DNA from: Octopus sinensis
Taxonomy: Eukaryota
Length of the DNA stretch: 64,000 bases
Assembly (NCBI RefSeq): GCF_006345805.1
Contig: NC_043007.1
Location: 34,348,001-34,412,000 of the forward strand
Reading direction: 5' to 3'
The notes beneath the pieces are model-generated. The model saw only the letters and a program-made list of their open reading frames with translations, did no database searches and was not told the origin of the DNA. A program made the position numbers and the translations under genes. Below, piece after piece: positions 1 through 12,386 of this stretch; position 1 is the stretch's first letter; every line of letters begins with the position of its first letter.

Positions 1-294
1 CTAAATAACAAGAGTTGTTTGAATTGCAAATTTCCAAGTGTATATGTTTGCATGTGCGAGTGTATGTCAGTATATGTAAGTGTTATGAGAATGTGTGTGC
101 GTAAGGGTTGTGTGTTTGTGCATTATCCTAACAACAATATTTACAAAAACAAAAAAAAAAACTGTTGACAATCAAGTGTTGTTTGAAAAATAGCTTAGGT
201 TTCTAGGTGCATTTGCTTGTGTGTGTGTGTGTGCGTATGAGAGTCAGCATGTGTGTGTGTAGTGTTTGTGAATGTGAGTGTTGTGATCAAGGCT

Positions 295-483
295 TCTCTT
301 TTACTTGTTTCAGTCTTTTGACTGTGGCTATGCTGGAGCATCGCCTTTAGTCGAGCAAATCGACTCCGGGACTTATTCTTCGTAAACCTAGTCCTCGGTC
401 ACTTTTGCCAAACGCTAAGTTACGGGGACGTAAACACACCATCATCGGTTGTCAAGCGATGTTGGGCGGACAAACATAAACAG

Positions 484-517
<34 letters not shown>

Positions 518-680
518 TCATATATACAGCGGGCTTTCAGTTTCCGTCTACCAAATCCACTCACAAGGCTTTGGTCGGCCCGAGGCTATAGTAGAAGACA
601 CTTGCCCAAGGTGCCACGCAGTGGGACTGAACCCGGATCCATGTGGTTGGTAAGCAAGCTACTTCCACACAGCCACTCCT
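295..680 (-). mobile_element. tRNA-derived SINE, family A (head GGAGTGGCTGTGTGGTAAG, internal TA/CA microsatellite, tail ...GACTGAAACAAGTAAAAGAG)
   Basis: Reverse complement matches the many other family A copies in the window (e.g. 50821-51199, 63763-64000); head has A-box/B-box-like motifs. Confidence 0.9.
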
Positions 681-1059
<379 letters not shown>

Positions 1060-1801
1060 TACATAGATGAATTCTGAGCCACTGATAAAGAAAACTTGAC
1101 CACATAACCCATACATTCACATACACAACACACACTCATGCACATATTATCAAATAAACTTTCATAACAACATATATACACAATAACAAGCGAACGAACG
1201 AACGAACGAACAAACAAACGCATCTAGAGACTTATAATACAAGCAACGCTTGTTCTTCAATGAATTAAACGAAAATCTTCAATTAGCTTAACAGACAATA
1301 TCAACAGGCCATACCAAACCTCTCAATCATATTGACGAAACTTCATATTGACAAAAGCAAAATTTCAAACATTCCAGCCAAAATGTTCTCAAGCATGGAA
1401 AAACCAGATGTTCAATACGCAAAACAAAACCAAAAAGAAAATCAAGCGTTGACCACAACACACACACACACACGTAAAGAAATTTATAATTCAAAATACA
1501 TATGCCCTCACTGAATGAAATTCACAAAATCTTTAATTAGTTTAACAGGCGGTCTCAGGAGCAAAAATCACTCAACTGTGAAATACCACTTGCTTTCTTG
1601 TAAATAAATATCCTAGTTAGTTCACTGTAAAATTCAGTCACAGTCAAACAAATCATTAACTTTCATTGAATCGATGTTATAAAAGTTGTAAATATCGATA
1701 TTAAGAAAGTTGGCAAAACAAGATCGGAAGTGAGGAAAATAGATATATATTGAAAATAAAAAAATTTAATCAAAATCTGCAATAGCTAAAAGGTGTGGAG
1801 G

Positions 1802-1812
1802 TTTATTATTAT

Positions 1813-1850
<38 letters not shown>

Positions 1851-1914
1851 ACTACTACTACTACTACTACTAATACTACTACTACTACTATTATTATTAT
1901 TATTATTATTATTA

Positions 1915-1953
<39 letters not shown>
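1802..1953. repeat. (TAC)n/(TTA)n microsatellite, target tract of the R4/Dong insertions
   Basis: Direct reading. Confidence 0.95.
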
Positions 1954-1957
<4 letters not shown>

Positions 1958-2470
1958 TAGTTTTATTTTTATAGCGTGCTTTCACTTCACTACCGGGTAC
2001 AACTCTGTGTGCCTTGGGTATGTGCTGTGGTTTGTTGTGATGGTCTATGGTTACTGTATTGAGAGTGTTTTGCGTAGGATGTGTGCAGTGCCCAGTAGTG
2101 CAATTTTCTGTATGTTATATATATTTGTAAGTCCTGGTGTTTTTGTTATGTATTTGTCTGAATATTTTTTGTGTTATACCTAATGCGCCTACTATGATAG
2201 GAATTGTTTCTGTTTTTAGATTCCACATTCGAGTTACCTCTATTTCCAGGTCTTTGTATTTTGAAAGTTTCTCCATTTCTTTTAGAGAAACGTTGTCATC
2301 TGCTGGTATTGATACATCAATTAGAAATAATTTTTTCCCTTCATGATCTCTGACAACTATATCTGGCCTATTAGCCTTAATTTCTCTATCTGTGCGTATC
2401 GGCATATCCCAAAGTATGGTTGCTTTCTCTTTTTCTGTGACCTTTTCTGGCGTGTGCCTATACCCTCTTT
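1952..2470 (-). mobile_element. R4/Dong-clade LINE 3' fragment (REL endonuclease and 3' UTR), same family as 18991-22935
   Basis: ORF 2115-2405 reads RPDIVVRDHEGKKLFLIDVSIPADDNVSLKEMEKLSKYKDLEIE (PD..D..K REL motif); the 3' UTR matches 22830-22935; flanked by (TTA)n on both sides. Confidence 0.92.
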
Positions 2471-2518
2471 ATTATTATTATTGTTATTATTATTATTAAT
2501 ATTATTATTATTATTATT

Positions 2519-2953
2519 GTGTGAGAGAGCAGTGCATGTCATCAAAGTGACACTGGCGTAAAATATACGAAGCCTAGTATACCCATCATGACTACCCGTC
2601 TGATAAGGGTACACTAGGCACATGCATCACAACCATATGTGCGCGACATTGTGATCTCATATCAAGATAAACAGCTCATGACCTTGCAGGTGGGGTCCAG
2701 TTAGAATTTTCTTCAGGTTGAGTAACTCATCCTGCTCAAAAGGTCGCTGAATAAGGGTTGTTTAAGGATGATGGACGAAACACCCATGTTTCCAAGGGTG
2801 AATTATCCAAACCTCAAAGAATTCTTCTCAGTACATAGCTATGATGCTCCTCCACTACTTCTGCTCGTGATCAGAGATGCACATATCGTCAGCCACTAAG
2901 GGACATGCTCAACTGGTTAAAGTCAAGCAACTGACAAGCAAATTCTGTGGTAT
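2519..2953 (-). mobile_element. ~435-bp non-coding interspersed repeat flanked by (TAA)n; second copy at 61397-61837
   Basis: Reverse complement aligns along its length with 61397-61837; both copies end ...ctctcac(a/t)caataat in a TAA tract. Confidence 0.8.
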
Positions 2954-3070
2954 TAAGCAGAATATTTGCTGTAGCCCATCTTTTATACCAAGACAAAACA
3001 AACAATGTACATGATAACACTTTCAATCAGTTAAGATCAGAAGCCATGAGAGCCACTGCCTGGTATTATA

Positions 3071-3159
<89 letters not shown>

Positions 3160-3160
<1 letters not shown>

Positions 3161-3910
3161 TGTTTGACTTTTGCTTTATACTTGTACAAGTTGGCTCCAA
3201 GTCTCACCTAGAAACCTCAAGAGACAACAGGTTGGAAGTTCATGTTGTTGTTATGCCTAGGGTGCCATATATTTGGTTTTGTATTTAGTGAATGTCTGAA
3301 AATTATGTTTGTTTTAAAACTTGAAATTACATAGAAAGTATTTTGCGTAAGATATGAGCAGTTCCCATGAGCACTATCTTCTGAATTTCTGCCATTTTGG
3401 GGTTTCCTGGTATCTGAGTTAGGTAGCAATCAGCTCCTTTTGCTATCATTCCCAGGGCACCTATGACAACAGGTATTGTTTTAGTCTTCAGGTTCCACAC
3501 TTTGCTGATTTCTATTTCAAGATCTTTATATTTGCTCAGTTTTTGGTAGGTCTTGACAGATACGTTTATATCGATTGGGACAGTCATATCAATGAGGAGG
3601 CATGTTTTTTGTCTGAAATTTTTCAATATGATGTCTGGCCTATTTGCATCTATCTTTCTGTCAGTTTGAATGGTGAAGTTCCAGAGGAGTGAGATGTGGT
3701 CATTTTCACGCACTGGAGGTGGTTTGTGTTCCCACCAGTTTTTTTCAGGGGCAAATCCAGGTTTTTGCAAATTACCCTGTTGAATATATTGTGCCTGTTA
3801 TCATGCCTGTTGAGATACTCTGTAGGCGCTAGAAGACTGCACTTGGAGACAACATGATCAATGGTTTCATTTTGTTGTTGACATACACGACATGTTGGGT
3901 TACTGCCGTA
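3160..3910 (-). mobile_element. R4/Dong-clade LINE 3' fragment, second subfamily (CCHC knuckle, REL and 3' UTR)
   Basis: Reverse complement of 3800-3905 gives CRVCQQQNETIDHVVSKC (CX2CX8HX4C); ORF 3327-3770 contains RPDIILKNFRQKTCLLIDMTVP...KLSKYKDLEIE; flanked by (TTA)n. Confidence 0.92.
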
Positions 3911-4153
3911 TTATTATTATTTATTTATTTATTTATTTATTGCAGAATGTGAGAAAAGATCCAATGAGGTTTTGTCTTGACAAGACCGGATAAAGTTTTG
4001 TACCGGACAAATCACTAAATATAAGTATGCTAAAAATAGAATATCAGCAGAAGTGGTGAGTCGAAAAGTTTTTGCATGATAAACTTTATATATATATGTA
4101 ATTTAAAAAAAGGAAAATACGCACACTTACATAGTTTTAATATAATTTTTAAT

Positions 4154-4188
4154 ATATCGACCGGTTTCGCTATCGCTATTCATGATAT
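4154..4188 (-). ncRNA. Degenerate minimal type I hammerhead ribozyme motif (two core substitutions)
   Basis: Minus strand: atatc-ATGAATA-GC gata GC-GAAA-CCGG-TC-gatat; stems I and II and the palindromic ACCGGT stem III are intact, but the core differs from CUGANGA at C3 and G8. Confidence 0.5.
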
Positions 4189-5222
4189 TATGTTTTACTT
4201 ATTTGAATATCTATTTTTTCTTAAGAAGAAATTTTGTCCATGTAATGTGTGATGAAATTCAAGAGTGAATGACTTCACAAGTAAATAAATCAGGGGAGGT
4301 AATTGGTTATCGTTATTATTGTTATTGTTGTGGGTAAGGGAGATAACTGTTCAGCTTTCGGTAGTGGGAGGGGGGAATATATATGTACAGACAAAGATAA
4401 GTTTAGAGAGAGAGAGATTCTTAATTTAATGATTCTTCTTTAGATTGCAACCCTCTTCTAGAAGGAGCCAGCTGGAACCAGGAGCCCCAAAAGGAGCCAG
4501 GGGATAAGTCAGAGGATCTTGATGATTCATGACTATTTATTCGAAAGAAGGGGTGCATGACGAGCTAAACCAGGTGAGGGCAGCCAACGGGCATGTAACT
4601 GTTGGTGAGTTATGGCTTGCCTACCTATGCACATGAAGAATAGGTCCGGCAGATTCCGCGGAAGAAACCTTCATTGTTCAACGGAGAGGAAGGTGGATGC
4701 AGCAGTATTGTAGAATGCAGAGAGGAAGGGGAAGTAAATAAGATATATAGGTCATCCGGTGCATTCATCTCTATCCCCAGACGTTATGACCTGGTTTTAC
4801 TGCTGGATTGAGGACGGGTACGGACAAGCGAGTGATACTGACGGCGCGCAACTCTACTTTATACAGTCGTCAGACATCCTAAAAAAATGACAGATGACCT
4901 TCGTTACCTCAACCGAGGAACATATGTATTCGACTGATAAAATAATGAGTTTCAGCTGAAGGATATAAATAACACCAAGCTGAGCGTGAGAAAAGAGCGG
5001 ACTATAACTGTGTTTATAGTGAGGGAATATAAGAAAGATTTTTTAAAAATTGCTTTTTTTATTGACATTGAAAAAGGTCATTGATTGCTCGCTCGCATGA
5101 GAATGCGTGTGAAATATAATCACAATTGAGTAGATGTGTATTAGGTTATTGAATGAAGTGTGAAAGTTTTGGCGTTTGTCTGTGTCAGAAAGTAAAAAAA
5201 GACAGTGAGTGAGATTGAGGTC

Positions 5223-5256
<34 letters not shown>

Positions 5257-5475
5257 TAGGGAAGGAGAATGACGAAGGTATTGATTTGCTGGCAGATTAC
5301 AAACCACGCAATTGACTAGATTCAGATTGTGTGCATGTTGAAATATTTGTATTAATTTTATGGGTGTTGACGTAGCGAATCGGTGACTGGAATGGAACAA
5401 GAATGACTATATTCTTAAGCATATGTGTTCGTGCCTGCATACATACATGCGTATATATATATGTGTGTGTTCATC

Positions 5476-5506
<31 letters not shown>

Positions 5507-5614
5507 ATATATATATATAGTTAATCCAAACATGAACAAAGAGAAAACACAACAATGCGAGGGCGTGGAATAAGTATAGTGTTATTGGACGCTCAGGAAA
5601 GGAAAGAAGGAGGA

Positions 5615-5647
5615 CTTCACGTTTCGAGCGGAGCTCTTCGTCAGAAA
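5615..5647 (-). ncRNA. Minimal type I hammerhead-like motif in a short cassette between TA microsatellites
   Basis: Minus strand: attt-CTGACGA-a-GAGC tcc GCTC-GAAA-CG-TG-aagt; core and stem II are intact, but position 17 is G (non-canonical). Confidence 0.55.
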
Positions 5648-5799
5648 TATAGAAAAAAAAAGTTAAAGTCCAAAGAAGGGAAGACGGAGAAAGAAAATCG
5701 CCAAAGATGCACACGTAGTCATATATTGACACATATATATACGTAATATATGTATGTAAATATGTATACATGCATAAGTACATGTATATGTGTATATAT

Positions 5800-5844
<45 letters not shown>

Positions 5845-5845
5845 G

Positions 5846-5878
<33 letters not shown>

Positions 5879-6264
5879 ATGCGTGTGCATGGACGCTTGT
5901 GTGTGTGCATGGGCGCGTGCATGCATATGTGTGTGCAAACGTTGAATTATGCGAAATGAATAAAAGTTGAGTAATCAAGACATGCAGCCTACATAGGTTG
6001 CTGTAACAGAATGTTTGTTCGTGACACACAAGTCTCACGTCACTGCGATCCACAGGCGAGAACTTTTACTATTAGGTTTGGTGGTACATTTCTATCCATA
6101 GGTGTGGACGTGGTCTCATATTTGCATTTGCACACTGATTTGTAATTTGCGTTTGCTGATTGACCGTTGTCTTTCTGCCTTGTCATTGGTTATCATTTAT
6201 GGTTTGAGGTTTGATAAACGGGGAGCTGTATGTTGTGAGAGAATGTGTGTGTGTGTCTGTGTGT

Positions 6265-6317
<53 letters not shown>

Positions 6318-6441
6318 TGTGTGAGTGAGTGTATGTGTTTTTGTCTTTTTTAATTTTTTTCTGAGTAAGGATTTGTTTTGGCGTGTGTTTTGGTAGAGGC
6401 ATGTTTTCACATATTTGTTGTTATGTAATATTTTCTTTTGC

Positions 6442-6850
6442 CTTTATTTGTTTCAGTCATTTGATTGCGGCTATGCTGGGGCACTGCCTGGAAAGGTTTT
6501 AGTCAGACAAATCGACCCCAGTACTTATTTATTTTTTAAAGCCTGGTACATATTCTATCTATCCCTTGTGCTGAACCACTAAGTTACGAGGACGTAAATA
6601 CACCAACACTAGTTGTCAAGCGGTGGTGGGGGACAAACACAGACACAAAGATATTCATACATTAATACATACAAATATATATATACGATGGGCTTCTTTC
6701 AGTTTCGGTCTACCGAATTCATTCACAGGGCTTTGATCAGCTCGAGGCTATAGTAGAAGACACTTGCCCAAGTATCACTCAGTTGGACGGAACCCGGAAC
6801 CATGTAGTTGAGAAGCAAGATTTTTACCACATAACCACGCCGGCGTCTAT
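6442..6850 (-). mobile_element. SINE family A, diverged
   Basis: Homology to other family A copies (tail gtttcagtcatttg..., head accacataaccacgcc). Confidence 0.85.
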
Positions 6851-7729
6851 GTATGTATAAGCGTTATGTACCGTGTTTTTAAAATTTAATCCGGTTGCTT
6901 GTGGTCTGATTCCTCTAGATGTATCGTTTGTAAAGAAAACAACAACGCTGTAAATAAAAATGGGAAATAATAGACTGCGCACCATGATAGACAGATTTTT
7001 CTGGAATCTGGCCCCTACACTACAGAAAAATATAATATAATAAGATAAAACATATTCTCTAAACAAGAGAAAGGAACTCATTTCACGGTGCAGACACCAA
7101 ATTAAATTCATCTTCAAAAAATAGTCCGAACTTCAATCAACGGAAGAAAAATGCCAAGACTCATCTCCCTCCAATTATATGGCCAAAAATGGACACCCAG
7201 AAGAATTTAACCACAAATGGCCGACTCAAATGGAACACGGTATATTACACTTGTACATAGACAAAGACACATAAACAGTGTCTTTACTGAAACACACGTG
7301 TGTGCGCATAACTAAACATGCTGAGCCAGAAAGAATTAACAAACGAAGCCAAAGTCACAGCACACAACATACTACCCATACACATGCAAACGCTAAAACA
7401 CATACACTTACACAAATGCACATACACAAATTCACACACAATTCAAACAACACTTGTTCCATGAGTTAAACAAACGAAAACCACGAATTAGCATAAAAAA
7501 GCAATATCAAACAAACCACGCCAAACCTTTCAATCATAAAAAAAAAAGCTTTTCACACAGACTTAATCAAAATTCCAAACATTCTATCCAAATGCACTTA
7601 CTTATCCAGATAGAAAACAGATGTTCAGGATACAAAAAAAAAAAAAGAAAAAAGTGAGCTCCAAATTCTGAACACAACGTACACACACATAAACAGGCCC
7701 AGTGACTTATAATCCTTTCTCATAATAGT

Positions 7730-7846
7730 TTTATCGATCCAGAAAACATAAAAGGCAAGTCGACTCTGACGGAATTTGAACCCAGAATGTAAAACGTTAC
7801 TTAAGCATTTTTCCTGACCTGCTAACGATTCTGCCAGCTGGCCTCC
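7730..7846 (-). mobile_element. SINE family D fragment, diverged
   Basis: aaggcaagtcgact...ggaatttgaacccagaatgt...gctaacgattctgccagc resembles 30558-30791. Confidence 0.6.
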
Positions 7847-7989
7847 GTCTAGAGATTAATAATAAAATTAACACACACTTCCAATAAAGTAAGCAATAGC
7901 TTTAATCATTTTGGCAGACATTTACTACACCCACATCAAAATAATTCAACTATGAAATACCGGTTATTCCTCCATATCATACTGATTTC

Positions 7990-8130
7990 AAATTTAGGCA
8001 CAAGGCCAGCAATTTTTTTTTTTTTTGGGGGGGGGGGGTAAGTTGATTACATCAACCTCAGTGTTTAACTGGTACTTCTTTTATCGACCCCGAAAGGATG
8101 AATGGTGGAATTTGAACTCAGAACGTGAAG
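7990..8130 (-). mobile_element. SINE family D fragment
   Basis: ggcacaaggccagcaat...actggtacttcttttatcgaccccgaaaggatg...ggaatttgaactcagaacgt. Confidence 0.6.
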
Positions 8131-8699
8131 ACTGAACGTAAAATAGCAATATTCCGATTAATAATAATAACAATAAAAAAACTTCACGCAAAGACTTACC
8201 AAGCAGCACAGCTAGAATAACAGTCAAATCCAATTAACAAATTAAAAACATGCTCCTGTCACAAAGTCGAGAAAAATAAACACCACGACACAAATAATAA
8301 CGAATGACGAAGAAGAAAAATAGCCGCCAATCAGCAAATGAAAACAACAAATCAATGAGTATAATATGGGACAACACAAACTCCAATGAATAGAAATATA
8401 CCATCAAACCGAATTGTAACAGCTTTGGTCTGAAGAATGCAAAGCATAGATCTTGAAGCGCATTGTGACCAGCGATGTGTAGCAACATCAGATAGCCTGG
8501 TCAGTCACAGTGACAGTGATGTATGAATGTATGTATGTATTAACTGCGTAAAAGTCAATATGAAAAGTACTCCATCCAGTGTGAGTTCAATATTACTAAA
8601 TGTTTCAATTAAATGTACTTATCGCACAATTAATAGCTTCTCGTACGCGCATACGTTCATCAGGTATCAATCGCGCTATACTCTCAAAACTTTAATTTG

Positions 8700-9870
8700 A
8701 ATAGAGGAACAGTTTCGAAAAACCTTATAAACTATATCTTTTCAGAATGATATAAAAGGTATAACTGAGATACAAATAAGGATAAATTAAAATAAAATAA
8801 AATAAGATAAAATGATAATAAAATAAGGATTATTTTATAAATTGTAATGCAAATTATATTGGCATATCAAAAAGAATGCTTAGACAAGGTATTATTATTG
8901 ATACAAGATAAAATAAAAATATATGTATCAAATATTAACGGAAATATTCAACCCTTCTAAATATAGGTACGATTATAGCCCGCTTGAACAGAAAAAATAT
9001 AAACTTAGCCCGCGACAGTGCTAATGATAATGGTATTAGTGGATTAACCTCTAATAATGGTTCTAAAAATAGTAGGTATGTAACAATCAATAATATCATG
9101 GATAATGCTGATGACCCACTCTTAGCTACTAGCAATACAGTCAGCATAGCTAACAGAGCCAATAAACCGCAAATGAAACGCCAAGTATTCCAAATGCAAC
9201 CATTACTGGTTGATGGCATAACATGATATAATCCAAGGCAGAAGGATTAATATAAATATAAGTAATAATACCTATTATAATAACTCGAATAATGGTGACA
9301 TAACACTTGATAATACTTCTACGAACTTGAGCAGTACCTCGAATGACAACGCTATGAATATTAATATTAAGGTAAGTAATGGTAATAATAATAATGGTAG
9401 TTGCAATTGTAGGGAAAGATCCCAATGCCCGTCATTAGGTCAGTGTTTAGCAGGTAACATTATATATACATGTATAATAATAGCAAAAACTAATAACTTC
9501 ATTTACATGGGGTTCTCAATAAATATAAAGAAAAAACGCTTGAATAACCATTTATCGTCCTTTAGACTTAGACATAAAGCCAGTAATAGCTCATTATCTA
9601 CGAAAATCTGGGAACTCAAAGACAGTTATGTCAGATTCAGCCTTAAATGAGATGTAGCTCAGCCATATACAAATAGCTGGTATGGATGTGAACTATGCTG
9701 TATGGAGATATATGAAATATTCAAATTTAGAAATAAATAAAACCTGATTGATAATAAATTAGATCTTAGAGTGTCATGTGTTCATAGGATTACCCGTATC
9801 TTTAAATGCGTTAGAAACAGTATATCATACTATAATTTGGTAGCACGAGTTATCCGGGATGTCATATCAT
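8700..9870 (+). mobile_element. Naiad/Chlamys-type Penelope-like element relic, C-terminal GIY-YIG region
   Basis: ORF 9327-9650 reads CNCRERSQCPSLGQCLAGNIIY...YMG...RLNNHLSSF...SLSTKIWELKD, continuing as QPY...CELCCMEIYEIF...NLIDNKLDLRVSCVHR; this matches the CNCR..CP..G.CL..IVY..YIG..NH..SF..LS..W.LK pattern. Confidence 0.8.
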
Positions 9871-10015
9871 TCATGGCATACCCTCTATTATCTCGAAATC
9901 TATTTAGTATTGATTTCTAATAACCCTTGATCTATAAACTTCCAATAATTATATTATATATCTACCTCTTCAGTATTGGGATTCTCTTCTCTCATAGCCA
10001 GTATAACATATATGT

Positions 10016-10170
10016 GGAGGCGCAATGGCCCAGTGGTTAGGGCAGCGGACTCGCGGTCATAGGATCGCGGTTTCGATTCCCAGACCGGGCGTTGTGAGTG
10101 TTTATTGAGCGAAAACACCTAAAGCTCCACGAGGCTCCGGCAGGGGGTGGTGGTGATCCCTGCTGTATTC
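10016..10170 (+). mobile_element. tRNA-derived SINE family B, 3'-truncated
   Basis: ggaggcgcaatggcccagtggttagggcagcggactcgcgg...ggtttcgattccc (A and B boxes), near-identical to the copy at 10436. Confidence 0.9.
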
Positions 10171-10435
10171 TAAAAAGATACCCTTCCCCCACCCCTAAAC
10201 CCTAACCCTAAAACAGATTGAAATGCAATAGATCGATTCTAGGGTCATAATTATGGGTGACAATTTCATATGACACCGCGAGAAAAAACTGCCGTTCAAA
10301 CCGAATAGATCCAACAGATTTAGCGACAACATATACTTTCGTCCATGAAGCTGGACGCATTCAGCAAATAAAATGTAATTATTTTTCACCGGGGAAGTTC
10401 GTTCAGTTTCGTAAAACTTTACTTGCAAATCCCGC

Positions 10436-10817
10436 GGAGGCGCAATGGCCCAGTGGTTAGGGCAGCGGACTCGCGGTCGTAGGATCGCGGTTTCGATTCC
10501 CAGACAGGGCGTTGTGAGTGTTTATTGAGGGAAAACACCTAAAGCTGCACGAGGCTCCGGCGGGGATGGTGGTGATCTCTGCTGTACTCTTTCACCACAA
10601 CTTTCTCTCACTCTTACTTCCTGTTTCTGTTGTACCTGTATTTCAAAGGGCCGGCCTTGTCACTCTCTGTGTCACGCTGAATATCCCCGAGAACTACGTT
10701 AAGGGTACACGTGTCTGTGGAGTGCTCAGCCACTTACACGTTAGTTTCACGAGCCGGCTGTTCCGTTGATTCGGATCAACCGGAACCCTCGTCGTCGTAA
10801 CTGACGGAGTGCTTCCA
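10436..10817 (+). mobile_element. tRNA-derived SINE family B, full length
   Basis: Near-identical to inverted copies at 14219-14600 and 31950-32332; ends gacggagtgcttcca. Confidence 0.93.
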
Positions 10818-10849
10818 TCCATTCCATAACATAAATTTTACAATGGATT

Positions 10850-11390
10850 CTAAATCTCGCACCTCCCCTAAGTATAACGTATACCTCCTAAGATCTGTTA
10901 TTATTATCCTTATTTTATTTTCATTTTATCTTATTTTATTTTTATGTATCCTTATTTATATAGCAGTTATATATTTTATATCATTCTATAAAGAAATATT
11001 TTATAAGGTTTTTATAAAGTTTTTATAAAATTTTTATATTTTGTATCATAAAATTTTTATGTATTTATACGCTCTTATACATTTATGTAGCTTCAGTAAC
11101 TTATAAAGTTATTCCAAAGAGTTACATCACACTATGAAAAATCTGAAAGGTACAATTAGTATTATCCATAATGATATCATATCTCCCTGAGAGAGTGTAT
11201 TTGTAAAATTTCATAACCAAAAAGGCGTGTAAGGTATCATTGGATTTCGAAAACCTGTCCATACTGAACAAAATAAAAAACGAGAACATAAAACAACCAA
11301 AACTTGGAAAACGAACTTTTTTTCGGACAACGAAAGAAAGTTCGTTTTCCATGTTTTTGTTGTTTTTCATGTTCTCGTTTTTCCTTTTGT
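10850..11390 (-). mobile_element. Degraded relic related to the 8700-9870 PLE (inverted copy of 8740-8830 at 10905-10990)
   Basis: tatccttattttattttcattttatcttatttt...ttttatatcattct is the reverse complement of 8740-8830. Confidence 0.45.
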
Positions 11391-11476
11391 TCATGTTTTT
11401 TTGACGTCCTGTACCCATATATGCATGCATATATACATATATATGTAGGTATGTACCTGTATGTATGTATATATGC

Positions 11477-11537
<61 letters not shown>

Positions 11538-11575
11538 TATATATGTATATATATATATATTATATATATATATAT

Positions 11576-11616
<41 letters not shown>

Positions 11617-11664
11617 CATATATACACATACATACACACACACACACACACCACACACACACAC

Positions 11665-11720
<56 letters not shown>

Positions 11721-11722
<2 letters not shown>

Positions 11723-11955
11723 GTAAGAATTTGACTCGGCTTCAAATGGCTTCAAGTTTCACGGACTCGTAGAAAAGACCTATCTGATCAGATATATAGA
11801 AAAGAAGAATTTGTCGTAGAAGCCCACGAATCTTTTAATCATATGAAGCTAAGTGAAGCTGTTACTAAGAATATATATGTAATTCATATCAACTATGTTG
11901 AGTGCCACTTTATTTCATTTATCCACGCAGTCGTCTAAATATATTTTATGTGTAT

Positions 11956-11996
<41 letters not shown>

Positions 11997-12316
11997 ACAC
12001 ACACACACACAACACACACACACACATATATACATATATATATATATATATATAATATATATATATATATTATATATATATATAGTAAGAATTTGACTCG
12101 GCTTCAAATGGCTTCAAGTTTCACGGACTCGTAGAAAAGACCTATCTGATCAGATATATAGAAAAGAGAATTTGTCGTAGAAGCCCACGAATCTTTTAAT
12201 CATATGAAGCTAAGTGAAGCTGTTACTAAGAATATATATGTAATTCATATCAACTATGTTGAGTGCCACTTTATTTCATTTATCCACGCAGTCGTCTAAA
12301 TATATTTTATGTGTAT

Positions 12317-12320
<4 letters not shown>
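11721..12320. repeat. Near-perfect tandem duplication of a ~240-bp unique segment plus CA/TA microsatellite (period ~361 bp)
   Basis: 11721-11960 and 12082-12320 are almost identical (tagtaagaatttgactcggcttc...tatgtgtatatttacac). Confidence 0.92.

Positions 12321-12386
<66 letters not shown>

Noticed and set aside
8620-8675. Minus-strand CTGATGA as a hammerhead
   Set aside because: No GAAA with compatible stems I and III
9645-9655. In-frame TGA in the Naiad relic as a possible selenocysteine
   Set aside because: It falls at a position where Trp is expected (TGG to TGA) in an already degraded copy with other stops; no SECIS was identified
10016-10090. tRNA-like sequences at SINE heads (also 10436, 14530-14600, 46393, 47125, 60239)
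   Set aside because: They continue into family-specific SINE bodies, some with TSDs, and lack a proper acceptor stem, so they are not tRNA genes
10193-10211. Telomere-like ccctaa x3
   Set aside because: Too short and imperfect to support an interstitial telomere
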